Shown here: one piece after another, positions 52,359 through 63,603 of the stretch
How positions within the stretch are numbered: the stretch's first letter is position 1
Layout: each line of letters opens with the position of its first letter
NCBI GenBank assembly: GCA_036918135.1
Contig: JBALDB010000053.1
Coordinates: 181,565-245,564 of the forward strand
Length of the DNA stretch: 64,000 nt
Direction of reading: 5' to 3'
Origin: Nostoc sp.
GTDB taxonomy: Bacteria > Cyanobacteriota > Cyanobacteriia > Cyanobacteriales > Nostocaceae
The notes under the pieces: generated by a model
The model's database searches: none
What the model saw: only the letters and a program-made list of their open reading frames with translations
Told to the model about the DNA's origin: nothing
Translations under genes and position numbers: made by a program

Positions 52359-52793
52359 GTGCCAAACCTTAAAGAAGATGATAACGCCTTGCGTGAGGTG
52401 TTGACCCAAGCCAAAATTATTGCTGTTGTCGGACATTCTGATAAACGCGATCGTACCAGCTATCAAATTGCCCAATTCCTACGGCAGGTAGGTTATACAG
52501 TTTATGCCGTCAACCCTTTAGTTAAAGAAATTGACGGTAAGCCCAGTTATGCTGCACTCCAAGATGTACCAGAACCCGTGGATATTGTTAATGTGTTTCG
52601 CCGTTGTGAGTACTTGCCAGAAATTATAGATGAAGCAACTGCGGTTAACGCTAAAACCGTGTGGGCACAATTAGGTATCTGGCATCAACCATCAGCCCAA
52701 AAAGCTCTAGATGCAGGACTCAACGTGGTTATGGATGCTTGCATTAAAATTGAGTATCTGCGACTAAAAGTAGATTTAACGAGCGATGTCTAA
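52359..52793 (+). CDS. CoA-binding protein (YccU-like)
   Basis: IAVVGHS, VNP, VDIVNVFRR, VWAQLG, VVMDACIKIE. Confidence 0.9.
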   Translation: MPNLKEDDNALREVLTQAKIIAVVGHSDKRDRTSYQIAQFLRQVGYTVYAVNPLVKEIDGKPSYAALQDVPEPVDIVNVFRRCEYLPEIIDEATAVNAKTVWAQLGIWHQPSAQKALDAGLNVVMDACIKIEYLRLKVDLTSDV

Positions 52794-52998
52794 TTTTGCA
52801 TCTCCCATGATGGGTACACATGATGCTAAAAGCAATGCAGATTATAATTATTATCCAACCAACTAGCGTACAGACATTCTATATGTAGAGATATTGCATA
52901 CCAAGTTATTGTTTGAGCTACTCGCCTAAACCCTTTTAGAATTAAAACTATTGTGGGGAAATTTTATTATTAGATTAGCTTTTATTGTCGGAGGAAGG

Positions 52999-53934
52999 AT
53001 GAGCCGTCCAATAATTCTTGGTATTGTAGGCGACAGCGCTGCTGGGAAAACAACACTAACGCGAGGAATCGCTCAAGTACTCGGCCCAGAAAATGTCACG
53101 CTTATTTGTACAGATGATTATCACCGTTACGATCGCCAACAACGTGCAGAAATTGGCATCACCGCCCTCCACCCAGACTGCAACCACTTAGATATTATGC
53201 AGCAACACCTGTCGCTACTACGTACAGGACAGCCGATTCTGAAGCCAGTTTACAGCCATACAACAGGCACATTCGAGCCACCGCAGTATATCAAACCGAA
53301 TAAATTTGTGATTGTTGAGGGATTACTCGGTTATTCTACTCGTGGTGCCCGTGATTCTTATGATGTGAAAGTTTACCTTGCACCTCCTGAAGATCTACGC
53401 GCTAATTGGAAAGTCAAACGAGATACCCAAAAACGGGGCTATACCGCCGAACAGGTGCTAGCGGAACTAGAAAAACGCGAACCAGATTCAGCAGAATTTA
53501 TCCGTCCCCAGCGACAATGGTCTGATATTGTAATTAGTTTCTACCCACCCACCGACGAACAAGATGAAACCAATGGACACCTAAATGTCCGCCTAGTACT
53601 GCGTCCGACAATTCCCCATCCAGATTTCACCACAATTACTACCTCTGGCTGGAATTCCGAGTCAGCTATCCGCCTGGGACTAGACAGGGATATGAGTAAG
53701 CCTGTAGATGTCTTAGAAGTTGACGGTCATGCCACCTTAGAACAGGTGAATAAGCTAGAGCATATTATATGTTCAGATATGCCTCATTTAAGGAATATTT
53801 GCGATCGCGAAAGCAACCCAGAACTTGGTAAAATTGCTGGTACAACTGGAGAAACACTGCAAAGTTACCCCCTAGCTCTGACTCAGTTAATAATTACCTA
53901 CCACATGCTCAAAGCAACGCAAATTCATCAGTAA
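52999..53934 (+). CDS. Phosphoribulokinase/uridine kinase family protein (PRK paralog)
   Basis: GDSAAGKTT, CTDDYHRYDR, KPVYSHTTG, WKVKRD..KRGY. RBS ggagga. Confidence 0.85.
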   Translation: MSRPIILGIVGDSAAGKTTLTRGIAQVLGPENVTLICTDDYHRYDRQQRAEIGITALHPDCNHLDIMQQHLSLLRTGQPILKPVYSHTTGTFEPPQYIKPNKFVIVEGLLGYSTRGARDSYDVKVYLAPPEDLRANWKVKRDTQKRGYTAEQVLAELEKREPDSAEFIRPQRQWSDIVISFYPPTDEQDETNGHLNVRLVLRPTIPHPDFTTITTSGWNSESAIRLGLDRDMSKPVDVLEVDGHATLEQVNKLEHIICSDMPHLRNICDRESNPELGKIAGTTGETLQSYPLALTQLIITYHMLKATQIHQ

Positions 53935-54052
53935 TTAGGGAAATTAAAAAGTTAAAAGGGTTTGCGATCGCCTGTAGTGTTGGCCTGCTGAATTATGCGA
54001 TGCCTACGGTAATAAACTATGCGCTTTGCTTACTCAAGCTTTGAGATATTAC

Positions 54053-54628
54053 TCATAATTCGGACTTGACGAGGGCTTGTAGCAATTCAATATCTCTAAT
54101 TTGAAGAATGCCACTACTCTCAAATTGCACGCCGATTTGAATTGTGGCAGCATTCGCTTCTTTTTTAAAATAGGCACGCACTTTGTAAGGCTGAAAATTT
54201 TCCGCTGGTGAAACTCCTCTAGCCCATGAAGTTGTTCTCATTCCGCCCGATTCTCTAGGTCTACCTACACCCAAACTCACTGCGATTGATTTTTCTGTGT
54301 TTAGCGCTTTCGCATTAAATTGACAAGCAAGAACACACTCTTGGACATCGGGTTCTGCAACTTCAAACAAGATGACTTTTCGCAAAGGATCTGTACTATT
54401 AGTTAGAAAGCGCTGAGTATTATCGTCATAAGCTTCAATTTGCCAACTTTCATCCAACAATTGCAATGCCTCCCTTTGTCACCGTGGAATCGGCAGGTGT
54501 GAATCGACGAATCAGCACAAATGGCTGTGCGGGTTCGGGAAGCCGAAGCGCTTTTGCAGATTGTTACCGACTTCTTGAATTTTAGAGTCAATAAAACCTT
54601 TGAGATTGTTGAATAAATCATCGAACAT
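54053..54628 (-). pseudogene. Hypothetical protein, probably doubly frameshifted
   Basis: ATG at 54628 is in frame with the 54053-54466 ORF but two TGA codons interrupt it. A shifted frame between them reads as plausible protein. Confidence 0.45.
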
Positions 54629-54801
54629 AGCTGATCGCCCTAAATCATCTTACTTTTAGTCTTCCCTTTGAAACTTACAAATGAGATTAACCATAAAAAT
54701 TCCCCAAAATTAAAGATTTTCTCAAATTAAAGATAATTTGCAAGCAAACAAGGGATAACTAAGGATAGTTCTATGTATGGTGACTATTCTCTGAGTTTTC
54801 T

Positions 54802-55533
54802 ATGACCTATAGCCTTAGAATTGCCGACTTACCTACAAATGAGCGTCCGCGCGAACGACTAATGACGCATGGTGCCAAAATTTTAGGCACAGCCGAGTTA
54901 ATTGCAATTCTACTAGGCACAGGTCAAGGGCCGGGAAAACTCTCGGCTGTGGGTTTGGGACAATATATTTTGAGTGAGTTAGGCAAACATCAACGCGATC
55001 CTTTGGCAGTTCTACGAGAAGTTACACCCGCACAGTTGATGCAAATTCCTGGTGTTGGCCCAGCGAAGGCGACAAGTATTTTAGCAGCAATTGAATTGGG
55101 TAAACGCGCTTTTCAATCTCGTCCCTCAGAAGGCACACTAATTGATAGCCCACTTGCTGCTGCTGCTACCCTCAGTCAAGATTTGATGTGGCAAACAAAA
55201 GAACGTTTTGCAGTTTTACTGTTAGATGTTAAAAATCGTTTGCTGGGTACGCAAGTAATTACTATTGGCACTGCAACCGAAACCCTAGCTTCTCCGCGTG
55301 AAATCTTTCGGGAAGTTATTCGCCAAGGCGCAACGCGGGTAATAGTTGCTCACAACCATCCTTCTGGTAACCTGGAACCCAGCCAAGAAGATATAGAATT
55401 GACGCGCCAGTTGTTAGCAGGAGCGGAGTTTTTAGGCATTCCCATACTAGATCATCTGATTTTGGGTAATGGCAATCATCAAAGTTTACGGGAATTGACA
55501 ACCTTGTGGGATGAGCATCCACAGGAGGATTAG
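54802..55533 (+). CDS. radC: RadC / JAB-domain protein
   Basis: ERPRERL, Hh[35 protein letters not shown]. Confidence 0.95.
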   Translation: MTYSLRIADLPTNERPRERLMTHGAKILGTAELIAILLGTGQGPGKLSAVGLGQYILSELGKHQRDPLAVLREVTPAQLMQIPGVGPAKATSILAAIELGKRAFQSRPSEGTLIDSPLAAAATLSQDLMWQTKERFAVLLLDVKNRLLGTQVITIGTATETLASPREIFREVIRQGATRVIVAHNHPSGNLEPSQEDIELTRQLLAGAEFLGIPILDHLILGNGNHQSLRELTTLWDEHPQED

Positions 55534-56171
55534 CAGCAGGTGGGGAGATCAGGAAATAACCAATGCTCCATTTAGCACTTCGGTTTAATTTTTAACTTTA
55601 CAAACATTTATATAAGATTTCTTAACTTCAGATACTAAATTCCCAAAATTTGGTTGATAGAATAAGAGTTATATTGCATCATTCAAATAACCACATTTGT
55701 GGGGATCATCTTTGTTGATGATGCAAATCAGGAGCAGGATTGACCGAAAATTCAAATTACTGTTGTAGTGGCTGCAAGTTTTTGCTGCTGCTTGTAATTT
55801 GGCACTGAATTTCCGATCGCGACCATCTCTTTTAGAGGTTATTTATAAAGTAAATATTAAATTTAAGTTATGCAAGGCAGGATGCATGGTGAATTCTGCT
55901 GCCAATAGCTGCTGTTGTGTTAGGCGCAATTTAAGATTAATTTCTTAATTCATGCACAAACTTTTATGCCGTAACACATTATTAATGGCTGTAGTTCTTA
56001 CTGCTTTAATGCTGCATAATTAAGATTTTCTTTATAAATTAACTCTTAAAATATTAGGTCAATGTCAGTAACTTTGTGAGTTTTTCTAGGCAAACTCAAG
56101 GAAATTTTGCAGAGGAAACAGCCTGGAATCTCTAGTTAACAAAATTTGAAATAATTTGCTAGGAGAAAAAA

Positions 56172-57935
56172 ATGTTTGGAATTCCGTGGCATAAATTGCC
56201 AACTCCCCTTGGACTTTTAAAATTACTTCAATTCCGTGGAAAGTTACGACAGGAAAATCTGCGTGATACTTCGCAACTACCGAATAGCGATAAGTTGCCT
56301 AAACCTGTAGCGATCGCGGACGAGCGCCTTTTGAAAGTTCGCACCGCAGACGGCAGCTACAATGACCTTCAGCATCCAGAAATGGGTATGGCTGGAACTC
56401 GGTTTGGGCGGAACGTACCATTGGAAGATGCGAAATTTGATGAAAAAAACATACTTACCCCAAATCCTCGTACTGTGAGCCGAGTGTTATTGGCACGAGA
56501 AGAATTTCAACCTGCGACAATCATAAATCTACTCGCTGCCTCATGGATTCAATTTCAGACACATGATTGGTTCACTCATGGTGCTAATCAGCGGAATAAC
56601 AAATTTGAGATTCCTATAGAACAGGACGACCCGTGGTTGTCAGAACACGGGGCGATGACAGTCAACAAAACCTTAGAAGACATCAGCCGTAGCGGAGATA
56701 GGAAAAAGCCTCCCAGTTTTATTAATGAAGTTACTCACTGGTGGGATGCGTCACAAATTTATGGCAGTAATCAAGAAACCATTGACGATCTGCGTTCTCA
56801 CGTTGATGGAAAAATGCTGATTGGTGAAGACGGCTTATTACCGATTCACCCAGAAAATGGCATTGATAAGGTAGGCTTTGCAGGTGCTTGGTGGGTAGGA
56901 ATAAGCATGTTGCACATCTTATTTGTCAAAGAACATAATACGATCTGCGATCGCTTAAAAAAAATATATCCTGAGTGGACAGATGACGAACTCTTCGACC
57001 ACGCGCGGCTGATTATTGCAGCTTTGACAGCTAAAATTCATACCGTCGAATGGACTCCTGCTATTTTGCCGCATCCTGTGACCGAGATTGCTTTGAATTC
57101 CAACTGGTGGGGAATACTCGGAGAAGATTTTAAAAAGCGTTGGGGTCGCGTTAGTGATAGCGAACTGTTGAGTGGGATTGTTGGCTCACCAACCGACCAC
57201 CATACTGCTCCTTATTACCTCACTCAAGAATTCGTATCTGTATATCGGATGCATCCTCTAATTCCAGATGATTTAGAGTTCCACGCAGTTAGTAACGGTA
57301 AATTATTACAGAAAAAAGAATTTTCTGAAGTAGCTGGTAAAAATGCTCGTGGGATTTTAGAAGAAATTTCCATGCAAGATTTGTTTTACTCTTTTGGAAC
57401 TTCTTACCCTGGAGCTGTCAGATTGCATAATTATCCTCGCTTTTTGCGACAGTTGACCGGAGAAGTTGTTGGAGACGACACACCAGCATTTGATTTGGCT
57501 GCTGTTGATATTTTACGGGATAGAGAAAGAGGCGTTCCTCGCTACAACCGTTTTCGTGAATTATTAGGTCGGGGTAAAGTCAATTCTTTTGAAGAGATTA
57601 CAAGTAATAAACAATGGGTTAAAGAACTACGTCAAGTCTATAACAACGACATTGACAGCGTAGATTTGATGGTGGGTTTATTTGCAGAGGATCTTCCAGA
57701 AGGTTTTGGTTTTAGTGATACTGCTTTTCGTGTATTTATTTTAATGGCATCTCGAAGATTGAAAAGCGATCGCTTTTTTACCAAAGACTACACAGCAGAA
57801 GTTTACACTCAATTTGGATTGGATTGGATTGACAACAACACCTTCCTAACAATCCTCCGCCGTCATTATCCCGAACTGGCACCTGCTTTCTTTGGTGTCA
57901 GCAATGGCTTTAAACCTTGGAGAAAAGTCGGTTGA
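56172..57935 (+). CDS. Heme dioxygenase of the peroxidase-cyclooxygenase superfamily, alpha-dioxygenase-like
   Basis: RTADGSYNDL, FGRNV, WIQFQTHDW, WWDASQIYG, KIHTVEWT, VSVYRMH, RDRERGVPRYN, MASRRL. RBS aggag. Confidence 0.88.
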   Translation: MFGIPWHKLPTPLGLLKLLQFRGKLRQENLRDTSQLPNSDKLPKPVAIADERLLKVRTADGSYNDLQHPEMGMAGTRFGRNVPLEDAKFDEKNILTPNPRTVSRVLLAREEFQPATIINLLAASWIQFQTHDWFTHGANQRNNKFEIPIEQDDPWLSEHGAMTVNKTLEDISRSGDRKKPPSFINEVTHWWDASQIYGSNQETIDDLRSHVDGKMLIGEDGLLPIHPENGIDKVGFAGAWWVGISMLHILFVKEHNTICDRLKKIYPEWTDDELFDHARLIIAALTAKIHTVEWTPAILPHPVTEIALNSNWWGILGEDFKKRWGRVSDSELLSGIVGSPTDHHTAPYYLTQEFVSVYRMHPLIPDDLEFHAVSNGKLLQKKEFSEVAGKNARGILEEISMQDLFYSFGTSYPGAVRLHNYPRFLRQLTGEVVGDDTPAFDLAAVDILRDRERGVPRYNRFRELLGRGKVNSFEEITSNKQWVKELRQVYNNDIDSVDLMVGLFAEDLPEGFGFSDTAFRVFILMASRRLKSDRFFTKDYTAEVYTQFGLDWIDNNTFLTILRRHYPELAPAFFGVSNGFKPWRKVG

Positions 57936-58079
57936 ATTGGGGATTAGGACATGGGGAATTAAGAGTGTTAACTGTTGACTGTTAATTGTTGACTGAGGAG
58001 TGCTGAGTTAGGAGTTATTCTGTTTGTCCCTTTGTCCTCTTCTCTCACCCACTCCTCAGTCCCTAATAAGAGAAACATC

Positions 58080-58988
58080 ATGCAACATTTAGAAGAAATT
58101 CAGAAATTTTGGCATAATGCTCAAGATTTGGGTTCTTTGCCTGATGATTATCAGTCTTGGAAAGCTGCTGAAAAACAAGATTTTTTATGGAACTCTAGAA
58201 TTCTTCAATCTAAATATGATGAACTTCCTACCCTGAGAAAAATTGATATTGTTAGTTTATTTTTTACAGCACTGAAAACTAAAATGGCTCGTCAATTAGA
58301 CGAAGTACCTAATGATTGGGAAAAAGCAATTCACGCTCGCGGGACTGTCGCAAAAATCAAGTTTATTCCGACAAATAATACCTTATTTACGGGCTTATTT
58401 AAAGGAGCAGACTACGGAGTTTTGCGATTATCTTTAACTGGAAATCCCAGCGATCGCGGATTTGCTCCAGGTCTAGCGCTCAAGTTATTTGTTGATGAAA
58501 ATCCTTCGGGTAATTTCTCGGCTTTAGTATCTTTAGTTGGACAAGGCAAAAACTATAATTTCTTTGCTAATGAATTATCAAATATTGTTCCGGTAGCTAA
58601 GAGTTTCGGCCCTCTACTCACTAACTTAATTTTTAGCCGAGTTACCAAATATCCGACAAAACTTTATTTAGAGAATTTGGCAGAGATTGACCAACACGGG
58701 CAAAAAGCAAGTAAAGTTTATTATCCTGCTCAAGTATTTCTGGTTCCTAATCCAAATATCAAGTTTCCAGAAAGTCCACCACATGATTTTAGAAATGACC
58801 TAGCTACAATCCCAAGTGGAACGTCTTTATATACTGTTTATGGAGTTATTCCAGAAGAAGCTACAGAGCAAAATGATAATCGTCAAAAAGCTAAAATTGG
58901 CTACATTGAAACCACATCGGAATTTGTATCATCATTTTATGGTGATAGTCAATTATTTTTTAGACACCAAAGATTTCGGAATCGGTAA
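58080..58988 (+). CDS. Short catalase-fold protein (AOS/HPL-like candidate)
   Basis: KAIHARG (distal His), GVLRLS, PGLALKLF, GNFSAL, C-terminal DSQLFFRHQR. ATG at 58080. Confidence 0.65.
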   Translation: MQHLEEIQKFWHNAQDLGSLPDDYQSWKAAEKQDFLWNSRILQSKYDELPTLRKIDIVSLFFTALKTKMARQLDEVPNDWEKAIHARGTVAKIKFIPTNNTLFTGLFKGADYGVLRLSLTGNPSDRGFAPGLALKLFVDENPSGNFSALVSLVGQGKNYNFFANELSNIVPVAKSFGPLLTNLIFSRVTKYPTKLYLENLAEIDQHGQKASKVYYPAQVFLVPNPNIKFPESPPHDFRNDLATIPSGTSLYTVYGVIPEEATEQNDNRQKAKIGYIETTSEFVSSFYGDSQLFFRHQRFRNR

Positions 58989-59002
58989 ATGAAAATACGA
59001 AG

Positions 59003-59028
59003 TATAGACGCGATTTATCGCGTCTATA
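59003..59028. repeat. REP-like palindrome
   Basis: tatagacgcgat-tt-atcgcgtctata. Confidence 0.75.
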
Positions 59029-59086
59029 TAGAGTGAGGAAGATTTTTTATTGATTAGTTTTGTTTGACGCAGAAGCATTTGCATAA

Positions 59087-61048
59087 ATGAAAATTATGAA
59101 TAAAGCAGCAGAGTACGATTATATTGTTGTTGGTTCAGGTGCTGGAGGAGGCCCGGTAGCTGCGAATTTAGCAAAAGCAGGCTACAAAGTTTTGCTATTA
59201 GAAGCAGGTGGCGATCCGTTACGCGATGAACAAGACAAAGATAGAGAACGCTACACTTACTCAGTACCAGCATTTCATGCACGGGCGACGGAAGATAATG
59301 ATTTGAGGTGGGATTTTTTTGTCAAACACTACTCCAATCAACAGCAGCAGAGTCGTGATTCCAAGTTTAATTCAGAGCATAAAGGTATTTTGTATCCGCG
59401 AGCCGGAACGTTGGGGGGATGCACTGCTCATAATGCGATGATTACGGTGTATCCTCACAATAGCGATTGGGACAAAATTGCCGAAATTACAGGTGATGCT
59501 TCCTGGAATAGCGATAATATGCGGAAGTATTTTGAAAGGCTGGAGCGCTGCAATTATCTCGATCGCCCGATTAACCCCAATGATAATCCGACTCGCCACG
59601 GCTTTGATGGCTGGCTAACAACCAACTTAGCAGATCCTAAGTTAGTTGTGCGCGATCGCCAACTTTTAAAAATTATTGTTAAATCTGCTATTGAGGCTTT
59701 AGCAGAACAGGGTAAAAGTCTACCCCAAGTGATTAAGGTAGTTTTAAAGAGTTTTCTGGCTAACATCTTAGCTTTTCTCAAACTCCGACAAAAAGATCCT
59801 CTGGAGTTTTTAGACACACTTTTAGACCCGAATGACTGGAAAATTACCAAAGTCAGTGGTGAAGGTGTCTTTTCTGTTCCACTAGCTGTTAAAGATGGAA
59901 AACGTACTGGTACAAGAGAATATATTCGGGACACTGAACGTCAATTTCCCGACCGATTGATTGTGAAAACTCATGCATTAGTAACCAGGGTTTTATTCGA
60001 TGAAAACAACACTGCGATCGGCGTAGAATATCTTGAAGGAAAACACATCTATCGTGCAGATCCTCAAGCAGATCAAACAGAAAATAATTCCCCAGATAGC
60101 CATACAGTATTTGTGAAAAGAGAAGTCATCTTGTCTGGAGGTGCTTTTAATACTCCCCAAATCCTCAAGCTATCTGGAATTGGTCCGAAAGAAGAATTAG
60201 CTAATTTAGGAATAGAAGTCCGCGTGGATCTTCCGGGAGTTGGTACGAATTTACAGGATCGCTACGAGGTGGGTGTAGTGAGTGAGATGAATCAAAACTT
60301 CACCATCCTAGATAATTGTACATTTACCGAACCACAACCGAAACAGAAAATCACCGATACCTGTTTATTAGAATGGAATCGTTCTAAATCAGGTGTATAT
60401 GTAACTAATGGAGCGGTGTTGGCAATTATCAAAAAATCGCATCGAGATAGACCAGAACCAGACTTATTTATTTTTGGACTACCAGCTTTTTTCAAAGGTT
60501 ACTTTCTCAAATACTCTGAAGAAATTGGAAAGTATAAAGACCATTTTACCTGGGCTGTACTCAAGGCTCATACCAACAATACAGCCGGTTCAGTAACACT
60601 CAGAACAACTGACCCTAGAGATGTTCCAGAAATTAATTTTAAATACTTCGATGAAAGTAATGATGTCAACGAACAAGATTTACTATCTGTTGTTGAGGGA
60701 GTGGAATTTGTCAGACGCTTGACAGAACGTACTCAGTTGTTCACTAAAGCCGAAATGCTACCAGGAAAAAATATAGATGAACAAAATAAAATTAAGCAAT
60801 TTATCAAAGATGAGGCTTGGGGACACCATGCTTGCGGTACTTGTAAAATTGGACGCAAAGATGACAAAATGGCGGTTTTAGATAGTGACTTTCGAGTATA
60901 TGGAACGCAGAATTTACGCGTAGTAGATGCATCTGTGTTTCCTTTTATTCCTGGATTTTTTATTGTAACGCCCATATATATGATTAGTGAAAAAGCAAGC
61001 GATGCTATTCTGCAATCTGCTGCAACTAACTTATCTAAAGTCTTATAA
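59087..61048 (+). CDS. GMC oxidoreductase (FAD)
   Basis: YDYIVVGSGAGG, RAGTLGGCTAHNAM, GAFNTPQILKLSGIG, GVGTNLQD, HHACGTCKIG, LRVVDASVFP. Confidence 0.92.
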   Translation: MKIMNKAAEYDYIVVGSGAGGGPVAANLAKAGYKVLLLEAGGDPLRDEQDKDRERYTYSVPAFHARATEDNDLRWDFFVKHYSNQQQQSRDSKFNSEHKGILYPRAGTLGGCTAHNAMITVYPHNSDWDKIAEITGDASWNSDNMRKYFERLERCNYLDRPINPNDNPTRHGFDGWLTTNLADPKLVVRDRQLLKIIVKSAIEALAEQGKSLPQVIKVVLKSFLANILAFLKLRQKDPLEFLDTLLDPNDWKITKVSGEGVFSVPLAVKDGKRTGTREYIRDTERQFPDRLIVKTHALVTRVLFDENNTAIGVEYLEGKHIYRADPQADQTENNSPDSHTVFVKREVILSGGAFNTPQILKLSGIGPKEELANLGIEVRVDLPGVGTNLQDRYEVGVVSEMNQNFTILDNCTFTEPQPKQKITDTCLLEWNRSKSGVYVTNGAVLAIIKKSHRDRPEPDLFIFGLPAFFKGYFLKYSEEIGKYKDHFTWAVLKAHTNNTAGSVTLRTTDPRDVPEINFKYFDESNDVNEQDLLSVVEGVEFVRRLTERTQLFTKAEMLPGKNIDEQNKIKQFIKDEAWGHHACGTCKIGRKDDKMAVLDSDFRVYGTQNLRVVDASVFPFIPGFFIVTPIYMISEKASDAILQSAATNLSKVL

Positions 61049-61532
61049 TATACATTAATAAAGTACTATTAGTAATTTAGAGATGGAAGGTAAATTACCA
61101 CATTTTGAAATTGGTTTAGTTATGGCTTGTCTCGGCTGGTGCATACACTTCTGATATAATTGACTTTCTCTTCTAGTAGGCGGAAAAACCGATAGTGATT
61201 TTGTATTTTCATCTAATGGTTGAGACCATTGAATCTCAACAGTAAGATATTTTTTTATTTGTCATACCAATTCTCTATAAAGATGCGCCTAATTATTTTG
61301 GAACATAACGAATTATCTTATAAAACCTCTGTGTACCTTTGCGCTAAACTCCGCGTACCTTTGCGTTAAAAAAACGTGAGTTCGATAGCTCATATCCTAA
61401 GCTCAATCAAAAACCTCTCTCTGGTTTTACTACACAAAACCGTCCCTCTCCGATTCAAACAGGGACAGACTCGAACTTTAGTTTAAGGCAGGGAGAGGTT
61501 CGTCAAACTCACGTTAATCTTTAATGCACACT

Positions 61533-63221
61533 TCAAAATAAGTCCAAATCCGTCACTGCACCAATACTACTAGAAGATACCAACTTCGCATATTTTGCCA
61601 ACACACCTTTAGTGTAACGCGGTGCAGGAGGTTGCCAGTTTGCACGACGGCGAGCCAATTCTTCATCAGAGATGTTTAACTGCAATAAACGAGCGGGTGC
61701 ATCAATCGTAATGCGATCGCCTTCTTCAACAAGAGCGATCGCACCTCCAACTGCTGCTTCTGGTGCAACGTGACCAACTACCATGCCATAAGTACCGCCA
61801 GAAAATCGCCCGTCGGTAATTAATCCCACCGCATCGCCCAAGCCAGCACCGATAATTGCGGAGGTAGGAGCTAACATTTCTCGCATTCCAGGCCCACCCT
61901 TAGGCCCTTCGTAACGGATTACCAAAATATCACCTGGTTGAATCTTACCCGCTAAAATAGCGTCTAATGAAGCTTCTTCCGATTCAAATACCCGTGCAGG
62001 CCCAGTAATTACTGGCTTTTTAACTCCAGTAATTTTAGCTACAGCCCCTTCCGTTGCCAGATTTCCTCTGAGAATCGCTAAATGTCCTTGGGCATACATG
62101 GGATTATTCCAAGTCCGAATCACATCTTGGTTAGCGGCTGGTTCTTCTGGGATATCTGCTAATATCTCTGCAATGGTTTGACCGCTGATAGTCAGACAAT
62201 CAGTGTGTAGTAAATCGTGTACGAGTAGCATTTTCATCACTTGGGGAATGCCGCCAGCTTTATGCAAGTCTGTAGCTACATATTTACCACTTGGTTTTAA
62301 ATCACACAAAACAGGGACACGAGCGCGGATAGTTTCAAAGTCGTCTATAGTTAACTCTACCTCTGCGGCACGAGCGATCGCCAAAAAATGCAACACTGCA
62401 TTTGTGGAACCACCTACCGCCATAATTACAGAAATCGCATTTTCGATGGATTTGCGAGTGATAATTTGCCGGGGTAAAATTTGTTTTTTGATAGCTTCGA
62501 CTAAAGCAAATGCTGATTTTTCTGTACTGTCGGCTTTTTCAGCATCTTCAGCTGCCATTGTCGAGGAATAAGGCAAACTCATGCCCAGCGCCTCGAAAGC
62601 AGAAGACATGGTGTTAGCTGTGTACATTCCCCCACAGGAACCAGCACCAGGACAAGCCTGAGTTTCAACTTCTAATAATTCCTTTTCGTCAATTTTTCCA
62701 GCACTGTATTGACCGACAGCTTCAAAAGAACTGACAACAGTTAAATCGCGTCCGTTGTAGTGACCGGGTTTAATCGTGCCACCGTAAACAAAGATAGCCG
62801 GAATATTCATCCGCGCGATCGCTAGCATTGCTCCTGGCATATTTTTATCGCAACCACCAATCGCCAACACCCCATCCATACTTTGTCCGGTACAGGCGGT
62901 TTCAATGGAGTCAGCAATCACTTCCCGCGACACCAGGGAATATTTCATCCCTTCAGTTCCCATTGAAATCCCGTCGCTAATGGTAATCGTCCCGAATAGT
63001 TGCGGCATCGCCCCGGCAGATTTAACCCCAACTTCTGCCCTGTGCGCCAGTTTATCGATCCCCATGTTACAGGGAGTGATTGTACTATAGCCATTGGCAA
63101 TGCCGACAATGGCTTTGTTGAAATCTTCATCTTTAAAACCAACTGCACGCAGCATAGCTCGATTTGGCGATCGCTGCACCCCTTGGGTGACAATTTGGCT
63201 TCTCAAGTTCTCCTTAGTCAT
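61533..63221 (-). CDS. ilvD: Dihydroxy-acid dehydratase
   Basis: [51 protein letters not shown]. Confidence 0.97.
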   Translation of the reverse strand: MTKENLRSQIVTQGVQRSPNRAMLRAVGFKDEDFNKAIVGIANGYSTITPCNMGIDKLAHRAEVGVKSAGAMPQLFGTITISDGISMGTEGMKYSLVSREVIADSIETACTGQSMDGVLAIGGCDKNMPGAMLAIARMNIPAIFVYGGTIKPGHYNGRDLTVVSSFEAVGQYSAGKIDEKELLEVETQACPGAGSCGGMYTANTMSSAFEALGMSLPYSSTMAAEDAEKADSTEKSAFALVEAIKKQILPRQIITRKSIENAISVIMAVGGSTNAVLHFLAIARAAEVELTIDDFETIRARVPVLCDLKPSGKYVATDLHKAGGIPQVMKMLLVHDLLHTDCLTISGQTIAEILADIPEEPAANQDVIRTWNNPMYAQGHLAILRGNLATEGAVAKITGVKKPVITGPARVFESEEASLDAILAGKIQPGDILVIRYEGPKGGPGMREMLAPTSAIIGAGLGDAVGLITDGRFSGGTYGMVVGHVAPEAAVGGAIALVEEGDRITIDAPARLLQLNISDEELARRRANWQPPAPRYTKGVLAKYAKLVSSSSIGAVTDLDLF

Positions 63222-63363
63222 ATTACTTCAATACCCCTAGAGTATATTTTTCCGATATAGTTACATCATCCTATGACTCCGATGTATGAGTATCATAAGT
63301 AGCAATTTTTCCGCTGTCCAATATATATTTATGAATATTTGAGACTTATAAAATATCAAAACT

Positions 63364-63603
63364 ATGGAAAGAGAAATCAAAGATTCAGATGGCATTACCT
63401 GGACTTGTATTCAAGCATTTTCAGGTCTTTCTGATATGGCAGAAGCTCAAGATGCAGCTCGAGTCAAAGATGAACCAAATACCTATTGGGTTGTTTGTAC
63501 TCCCAGTGGCGGCGCGCAGTCTGTGCGGTTAAAGCTAAAAGATAAATGCCAAGAAAATTACTCTGATGAGGAGTTACTTCAGGAAATTAAGACACAACAG
63601 TAA
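63364..63603 (+). CDS. Small conserved hypothetical protein
   Basis: WTCIQAF...VVCTPSGGAQSVRL, ATG start, divergent from ilvD. Confidence 0.7.
   Translation: MEREIKDSDGITWTCIQAFSGLSDMAEAQDAARVKDEPNTYWVVCTPSGGAQSVRLKLKDKCQENYSDEELLQEIKTQQ

Noticed and set aside
54802..55533. radC as a marker of a mobile element
   Set aside because: This is the full-length HhH+JAB chromosomal type, with no integrase or transposase nearby.
59554..59934. Antisense ORFs within long genes (also in ugd, ftsZ, gshB, ilvD and the antiporter)
   Set aside because: These are shadow ORFs opposite well-supported genes.
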